Shown here: positions 45,478 through 51,264 of the stretch, one piece after another | Layout of the letters: the number at the start of each line of letters is the position of its first letter | Numbering within the stretch: the first letter of the stretch is position 1 | NCBI GenBank assembly: GCA_004431415.1 | Contig: QPMI01000458.1 | Coordinates: forward strand, 1-51,264 | Length of the DNA stretch: 51,264 nucleotides | Direction of reading: 5' to 3' | Source of the DNA: Cyanophora paradoxa CCMP329 | Taxonomy: Eukaryota; Plantae; Glaucophyta | Translations under genes and position numbers: made by a program | Notes under the pieces: generated by a model | Told to the model about the DNA's origin: nothing | What the model saw: the letters and a program-made list of their open reading frames with translations, nothing else | The model's database searches: none

Positions 45478-45807
45478 TCACTCCGAGGTCAGCTCGACGA
45501 AGAGCTCGATGTAAAGCCAGAGCTTTTCGCGCAGCTCGGGCCCGCTGCCGTAGAATAGCGAGCGCACGGCCGAGGCGTACTCCTGCGGCAGCCTCTCGAA
45601 AACCGAGTCGTCCTTCGCCTTGATCAATTCCGCCTCCGCGTTGATGTGCCTCCTGAACAGAACGATGACCGCCGTGGCCCCTATGCCGCGCAGCGACTGG
45701 ATCTGCGCCCGCACCCCGGGCTCCTTGGCCTCCGGCTCCAGCAGGTCGAGGAAGCGGCCCCAGCGCGCCTCGATCTGCTCGCCCAGCGTCGCCTCCGTCG
45801 CAGCCAT
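45478..45807 (-). CDS. Viral hypothetical protein (109 aa)
   Basis: Clean ORF ending REKLWLYIELFVELTSE; upstream AATTTCTG. Confidence 0.7.
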   Translation of the reverse strand: MAATEATLGEQIEARWGRFLDLLEPEAKEPGVRAQIQSLRGIGATAVIVLFRRHINAEAELIKAKDDSVFERLPQEYASAVRSLFYGSGPELREKLWLYIELFVELTSE

Positions 45808-45829
45808 GTGCTCGCGTGGGCCTCAGAAA

Positions 45830-46952
45830 TTACTGACCGAGTCGGAGCGCCTGGGCTGCTTGGTCGAACATCTCCGCCTTCCGGGCGTTCGTTTCCGCAA
45901 GCATGGCAATCTGGTTGTTCTCCGTGTTCCGGACGATGGACTGGAAGGCTGTCTGAATTGCAGTCTGCGATGCAGCGGACATACCTGCCACCGTTCCTTT
46001 AGCGCGGAGCTCTAGCATGCGTCCTTTCTGGAACGGCGTGGCAAGTTGATTGCCCTGCAGCGCAGGGAGCGGGTTGACGACGCGGGGCAGCAGGTTCTGG
46101 TCCGCGTAAGGCATGGCCGTCGGCAGGGCCGGGCCGCGCGTCCCGGCTGATCGAGGAGCATCGCCCCAAACGGATTGCCCCGGCTGAAGTCCACGTCGTT
46201 GCGGCCGTAGGGCTTGTTGACGGCGCTGCTGATGTTGGCCGTCTGCGCGTTGAACATGGGCGATAGATCGGGGTGTAGCCCGCGCGCAGCCCCTGGGGGT
46301 TCGCCTCCGTCTGCCCGTAGCGGCCGGCCGGCCCGAGCAGGTTCTCCTTCTCGATCTCTTCCATCGTCTTGATCCAGCCGCGCTCGCGCGCCCACTTCAT
46401 GACGAGATCATCGTAGTTCATCGGGAAGAAAACCTTCTGGTACTTGTCGAAGCGCTGAATTTCGATATCCTGCTCGATCATGTTCGTAATTCGCTCCAGC
46501 AGCTCGGGGTAATATTCCTCGAGCATTTTGGCGACGCCCGGCTGCTTCAGGTCGAAGGCCGTCATCGCCCACTGGTCGAAATCGCGAATCATGATTTCCT
46601 TCCGCAGGCTGAACGCGTTCTCCACGTCCTCCTCGTTGATCGTGCGACCGGGGTTCGCGTTCTGCAGCTGCTGTCGGATGCCCATCCGCATCAGCTTCTC
46701 CATCGAGGGCGTGTACTTCATCGCGGGCAGGGTCTTCGTTTCCCCCCCGCTGAGCCCCAGGCCCCGCGCCTTGTCCTCGGGCGTGTAGACGTCTGCCTTC
46801 GTTCCATCTACGACGGGCACCTCGGGCATGATCGTGCCCGGAAGGAACTTGTTCACGATGCCGTCCATGTCGGCCTTCAGGTCGTTCTTCAGCGCCTGGC
46901 GCTGCTTCTTAGAGCCCTCCCCAATGTCCATCATAGAGTGGCCCTTCGTCAT
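45830..46952 (-). CDS. Viral hypothetical (possibly virion) protein, ~375 aa, split by frameshifts near 46270 and 46130
   Basis: ORFs 45999-46952, 46012-46395 and 45830-46114 join through single-base shifts; only one upstream motif (AATTTCCC). Confidence 0.6.
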
Positions 46953-47030
46953 CGTGCCTCGGTTAGGATCCCAGTGGGAAATTTATTGGTTCACATCGGC
47001 CTACCAAGCACACCCTGGCTAACAAGCAAT

Positions 47031-48399
47031 CTAATGGAAGCGGCGGTAGGCGCCGCCGTTGGTGAAGGTGATCTCGTTGTAGTAGCGGCAGTAGATGTCG
47101 GCCACGGGCTTGTCCGCGCCGTAGGTCTTGAGCGTGGTGAGCGTGAGCTCGATGGTCTTGAAGGCGCCCATGTCGAGGCCGCCGAACATCTTGGTGTTGT
47201 CGGCCACGTCCGTGCCGAAGGGGAGCGAGTAGATGAACTCCGTCCCGAACTGGCCCACGTTGCGGGCTGGATGTCGCTGCTGTGCCCGTCGTGGGTCGCG
47301 AGGGTCGTGGGGGCCGTGTCGTTGCCCGACCACGGGTGCGGGTGCAGCGCGTCGGCCACGTCGGCCGCCGCCGTCCCGTCCATCGAGGTCACGCCCCGCA
47401 GCAGCTCGAGGTGCTTGCGGGCGGGGGCGTGCGTGTGCTCCTTGTGCGCGATGGCCGTGCGCAAGAAGTGCGCGTCGTGGTTCGAGCTATCGAGCACCTT
47501 GATGTTGTCGCACTTCAGCTCGATCTTGTCGAGCGGGCGGAAGCGCCAGAAGTGCTCGCCGTTGTCGGTGTGCGGCTTGTCGCGCACCACGATGATCAGC
47601 TCGTAGCAGATTCCGGTGAAGGGCAGGCGGATGGCCTTGCCGGACTCGAACGAGACGTGGTAGTGCTGCACGTACTTGCCGGCCCACGTGAACGAGTTCG
47701 GGTGCAGCGCCAGCTCGCGCGAGTCGATGTGCACGTAGCGCAGGATGAGCTTGGTGTCCAGGCTGACGGTGCTCGTCAGGTTGGTGTTGGTGTGCAGGCC
47801 GCCGTCCACGAAGGAGGCCGTCACCTCCTTCTGCGAGGCGTACGTGATCTGCAGCTTCATGTCGTTTCCGGAGCAGCGGAGCTTGTGGAGCGGCACGGCG
47901 AACTTTCGACCGTGGCCCGTCGCGATGCGAATCGGTATGTACAGCGTGTTCGGGGCCTTGCCCCGGCGGCGCAGCGGCTGGTGCGCCCAGAGGTTGTTCA
48001 CCATGTCGACGTGCTGGACGACGGACTTGTCGTCCTCGAACTCGCCGTAGATGGCGTCGTAATGGCCGTCGTACTCGTGGATCAGCTGCGCGCCCACGAA
48101 GATCTTCACCTTCTTGAGCAGCACGTAGCCGGCCTTCGGGATGTAGAAGTGGTCCGCGTTCGTCAGCGCCGGCAGCGTCACCTTGAGCCAGGAGTCGTTG
48201 AACATCGGCGCCGAGTGCGGGATGACGATGTCGACGGTCTGGCTGAAGCTCACGCCCGACTGCACGGGGCTCACCTCGAGCACCTCGTCCACGAACGGCA
48301 TCGCCGTGTCGAAGGTCTCGTGCACGTGCACCGACGCGTCGGAGCTGCGCAGCGAGTGGTGCAGGGCGGTCGAGGGGTGGAGATGAGCGCGGAAGCCAT
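47031..48399 (-). CDS. mcp: Double-jelly-roll major capsid protein, Nucleocytoviricota type (~456 aa; frameshifts at 48374-48377 and 47264-47266)
   Basis: PFVDEVLEV...SFSQTVDIVIPHSAPMFNDSWLKVTLPAL, GYVLLKKVKIFVGAQLIHEYDG, TLYIPI, FAVPLHKL...MKLQITY, IRLPFTGICYELIIVV, FIYSLPFG...GGLDMGAFKTIELTL, IYCRYYNEITFTNGG parallel the conserved NCLDV capsid blocks from N- to C-terminus. Confidence 0.88.
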
Positions 48400-48439
48400 G
48401 GTTTAGGGGTGCGTTGAGAAAATTTTGTGGATGGGCGCC

Positions 48440-50329
48440 TATGCGTCCACAAACCTCCAAAAATCGATGTCGGGTCCGTCCCCGAGAAATAATCTCGTAG
48501 CAGCTGCGCAGGCACGTTGGCAATAATCTGCCCGGGCACGCCCTTGGCCGTGTGGTACCGGAAATCGCAATTTCCGCGAAGCTCCCGAGGGTCTCGTCAT
48601 TGTTTCCGAAGCGCCTCTGTATGTCTTTGAGCGCCTTGCTGTAGGCACCCTGGATCTTCGCGCTCTTTTGATCCTCAAACCACCTGCGCCGCTCCTCCGC
48701 GTCAGGGTTGCCCGCGAGAAACGCCGAAATCTGAGCTGCATCGGGGCCGACGTCCCATCGCTGTTTGCGGGCGGGAGGGGGCACGCTGGGGGGCGCACTG
48801 GGCCCTGCGGCGGGTGCCGGCATCACCTCTCCCGTGGGGCCAATGTCCCACCGGCGCCTGCGTGTGCGCTCGGCCGCCTCCTCGAGTGCCCGTTTACGTA
48901 CCTCAAGCGTCGCCTCTGCCTCCATCACGTCCGCCTGCAGCCGCTCCGTCTGGATGAACTCCGAAACGGTCGCGAGCTCGCTTTCGGGGGCCGCATCGGC
49001 CGCCACGTCGGTGATCAGCTGTCTGCGCGCCTTGGCGAGGAGAGCCGCCCCTTTTGCGTTACGCAGCGCATCCAGCGACCCCAGCCGCGCCTCCCGGGAT
49101 TCGTCCGCGTCTAAGCCCTTCTTCAACTTGCGGTCTTTCGGCTTCGCGGACGATGCGGCGTACGTCGCCGGCGGCGCAGTCGGAACGCCCACGGCAGCCA
49201 GCGCCCCCCTCACCGCGGCCTCTACCGTCGCCATCTCGGCATCGGAAGGACCGGCCGCGGGCGCTCCCACGGATGTGCCCGGGGCGGCCGGAGGGGAAGC
49301 TTCGGGCGATGGAGCGGGGTTGAAGGGCACTAGGAGGGGGCGGCGGCTGTGGTTCGCCGCCACCGCCCCGCCGCCACCGCCCCCGCCGCCACCGCCCCCG
49401 CCGCCACCGCCCCGCCGCCACCGCCACCGCCCCCGTCGCCTTCTGCGGGCCGTTCGCGCCTACCCGGCAGCGCCTTCTGGATCAGCGCCTCCTTGGCGCC
49501 CCTCCGCGCATTCGGCCTCAGAGCGATGGCCCCGTTTTCATCGATGGCCGCGTTGTCCTCTTTCTGATCCGCGCCTCCTGCTCCTTGCTCTCGGCGATCG
49601 TAACGAGCTTGGTCATCGCGGCCGTCAGGCGCCGCATCTCGGCGCGCGTGTCCCTCAGCCGGCCCTCGTCGGGGCCGGGCCCTCGTCGTCCGATCCGGGT
49701 GGCTCGGCCTGGGTGAACGGCTGCGAGGTGTTCCTATCCGCGTAGCTCTTCTTCTCCTCCGGTAGGTTTTCGCGCGCATAAATGCTCGTCGGTTTGAACT
49801 CCTCGCCGTTCACGATGTACTTGTAGTAGTAGTACGCGTCATCCAAGTTCATGGGCCCGAGGGTCTCGAGTCGCTTTTTGCGTTTCAAGAACTCTGTGAT
49901 CTGGTCTTCCTTCGACTTGCAAAAATCGCGCACGCCTGGGAGCATGGTCAAATTCTTACCGTCCACGTCGCACGCGCCCGCGCCCCGCGCCTTTCGGTTC
50001 GTTTGAGTCACGGCGTCGATGGCAAAGGCGGACTGGCCCATCAGCCAGGAGCGGAAGCCCTCCTCGTACTCCTCGTCCAGCCCGGACTCCATCTCCTTGA
50101 ATTTGTTGATGTAGTAGGCGTTGGCGATGGCCTGCGCCTCCACCTCTGCGAGCTTGTCGGTTTTCGCCCTATCCTCGACGCGCATCCCGTCGGAGCGGTG
50201 CAGCGCGGTTTTGGCCATCTGCTGAAAGTGCGCGTACTTGTCGCTCTCAAAGGGCGTGATGTGCGAGTCCCCGCCCCCCGGGACCGCCAGCACGTTGCGC
50301 GGCGCGAAACGCGAGGCGAGCCCCCTCAT
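48440..50329 (-). CDS. Large viral hypothetical protein broken by several frameshifts; globular N-terminus, low-complexity C-terminus; stop position uncertain
   Basis: ORF 49655-50329 (EEGFRSWLMG...LPGVRDF...GPMNLDDAYYYYKYIV) appears to continue through 49330-49779 and the N-terminal part of ORF 46991-49363 (repeat RRWDIGP/QRWDVGP). Confidence 0.5.
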
Positions 50330-50612
50330 TTGCTCTTCTTAGGGGCTGGCTTTGAAATTTTATCGGTCTTGGCCTTGTCTTCCTTCCCGTCCTTCTTATC
50401 GGCCCCTTCTTCCCTGCTTCGTCGGGCGCATCGCCACGAATATTTTCGCCGGGCGAGACGTCCTCGTACAGCGGCTTCGGCCCCTTAGGAAATTCGGGCG
50501 GCCCCTTCAGCTTCTCCTTCGCCTCCTTCACCTCGGCCTTGGTGGGCCGCTCCTGCCCGTTCGTGGGCGCCTTTTTCGCGGCTTCTTTTGTGCCTCCGGC
50601 ATGTTTACCCAT
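50247..50612 (-). CDS. Small Lys-rich viral protein (ends uncertain)
   Basis: MGKHAGGTKEAAKKAP...; upstream ATTTTTCTG. Confidence 0.45.
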   Translation of the reverse strand: MGKHAGGTKEAAKKAPTNGQERPTKAEVKEAKEKLKGPPEFPKGPKPLYEDVSPGENIRGDAPDEAGKKGPIRRTGRKTRPRPIKFQSQPLRRANEGARLAFRAAQRAGGPGGRGLAHHAL

Positions 50613-50700
50613 CACCAGAAAAATATGGGTTGGCACCCCGTACGTCTCGGGGAACTGCCTCTCCCACCTGCGCATGGCCGCGTCCCTCTGGTCGTCGAAG

Positions 50701-50958
50701 CTACGGGTAGGCCGCGGCCCTCTGCCCCATCACGATTTGCCAGAGCCGTGCACGGACCTCGTCCTGCAGTCTGTACACCCAATCGCGAATGTTCTCGACG
50801 ATATCCGTCGGCAGCGTGGCCAACCCCGCCTTGATCTCGGGTACATCCGTGGGATCCTCTTCGAGCGTAAGCTTCTGCATGCGAGCGCGCAGCATCTCAA
50901 TTTGCGTATCGATTGGGGCCAATAAGGGATAGATCGAGACATCGGGGTACGGGGTCAC
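50701..50958 (-). CDS. Small viral hypothetical protein
   Basis: IDTQIEMLRARMQKL...DWVYRLQDEVRARLWQ; upstream AATTTCTC; start uncertain (the ATG at 50942 needs a frameshift). Confidence 0.5.
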   Translation of the reverse strand: MTPYPDVSIYPLLAPIDTQIEMLRARMQKLTLEEDPTDVPEIKAGLATLPTDIVENIRDWVYRLQDEVRARLWQIVMGQRAAAYP

Positions 50959-51007
50959 TGAGAAATTACACTGGGTCGGAAGAGGAGGTACCCCACCAGG
51001 ATCCCCG

Positions 51008-51217
51008 CTATAATCCAGAGGGCGACCAGTCGCGCTCCGCCGGCGCGCCCCCCGGCGTCACCATCAGCTGCCCCGCCCCGGGCCTGCGCAGGCCGTGCGT
51101 GCGGTGGTCCGCCCAGTGCGGGCGCGGGAACTGCTCCTGCGGCATGCGCTCGGGGTAGATGCCGTCGAATCGGTTCTGCATTTGGTACATGTCCCTATCG
51201 AACAGCAGGGAGGCCAT
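51008..51217 (-). CDS. Small viral hypothetical protein (69 aa or longer)
   Basis: ATG preceded by ATTTCTA. Confidence 0.5.
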   Translation of the reverse strand: MASLLFDRDMYQMQNRFDGIYPERMPQEQFPRPHWADHRTHGLRRPGAGQLMVTPGGAPAERDWSPSGL

Positions 51218-51264
51218 TTCTCAATTTGGGGAGGGACTTAGAAATACTGCCCGTGAGCTCCCTG

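Larger units (their letters stand above)
29870..51264. mobile_element. Endogenous dsDNA virus (small Nucleocytoviricota-related, mriyavirus-like); left boundary approximate (29760-29990), right end outside the window
   Basis: Abrupt switch to densely packed, mostly intronless ORFs: NCLDV-type capsid protein, SSB, YqaJ nuclease, UL9-like helicase, a shared upstream motif and internal repeat families. Confidence 0.85.

Noticed and set aside
46991-49363. 790-aa ORF as one capsid fusion protein
   Set aside because: It crosses an intergenic stretch with the promoter motif and an ATG at 48399; it is the upstream gene's tail joined in frame to the frameshifted MCP core.
29870-51264. Bacterial prophage or contaminant, or a classical Polinton/virophage
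   Set aside because: The capsid and SSB are NCLDV-type; no Shine-Dalgarno pattern, phage tail or terminase genes, protein-primed PolB or rve integrase were seen in the window.

Overview
The window is eukaryotic, GC-rich and intron-dense, with short GT/GC-AG introns; the host is probably an alga or other protist, but it cannot be identified from the sequence alone. Positions 1-29.7 kb are host DNA: the 3' end of an mTERF-like gene, a palindromic minisatellite, a duplicated three-gene block (RING/TRAF-zinc-finger/coiled-coil gene plus two unknown genes), a truncated TMEM260 joined to a second mTERF fragment, TA-flanked MITEs, and a kinesin-3 gene (motor + FHA). The kinesin gene has a TAA right after its P-loop and breaks off after a splice donor at 29733. 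From about 29.8 kb to the window end lies a compact, mostly intronless endogenous DNA virus. It encodes a Nucleocytoviricota-type double-jelly-roll major capsid protein, an NCLDV-type SSB, a YqaJ nuclease, a herpes-UL9-like origin-binding SF2 helicase and many small ORFans. It also carries two families of origin-like palindromic repeats and a shared WWTTTCT motif upstream of most genes. Nearly all viral frameshifts are single-base losses in C/G runs, so the provirus may be intact. Best reading: an integrated small ('dwarf', mriyavirus-like) nucleocytovirus that continues beyond the right edge.
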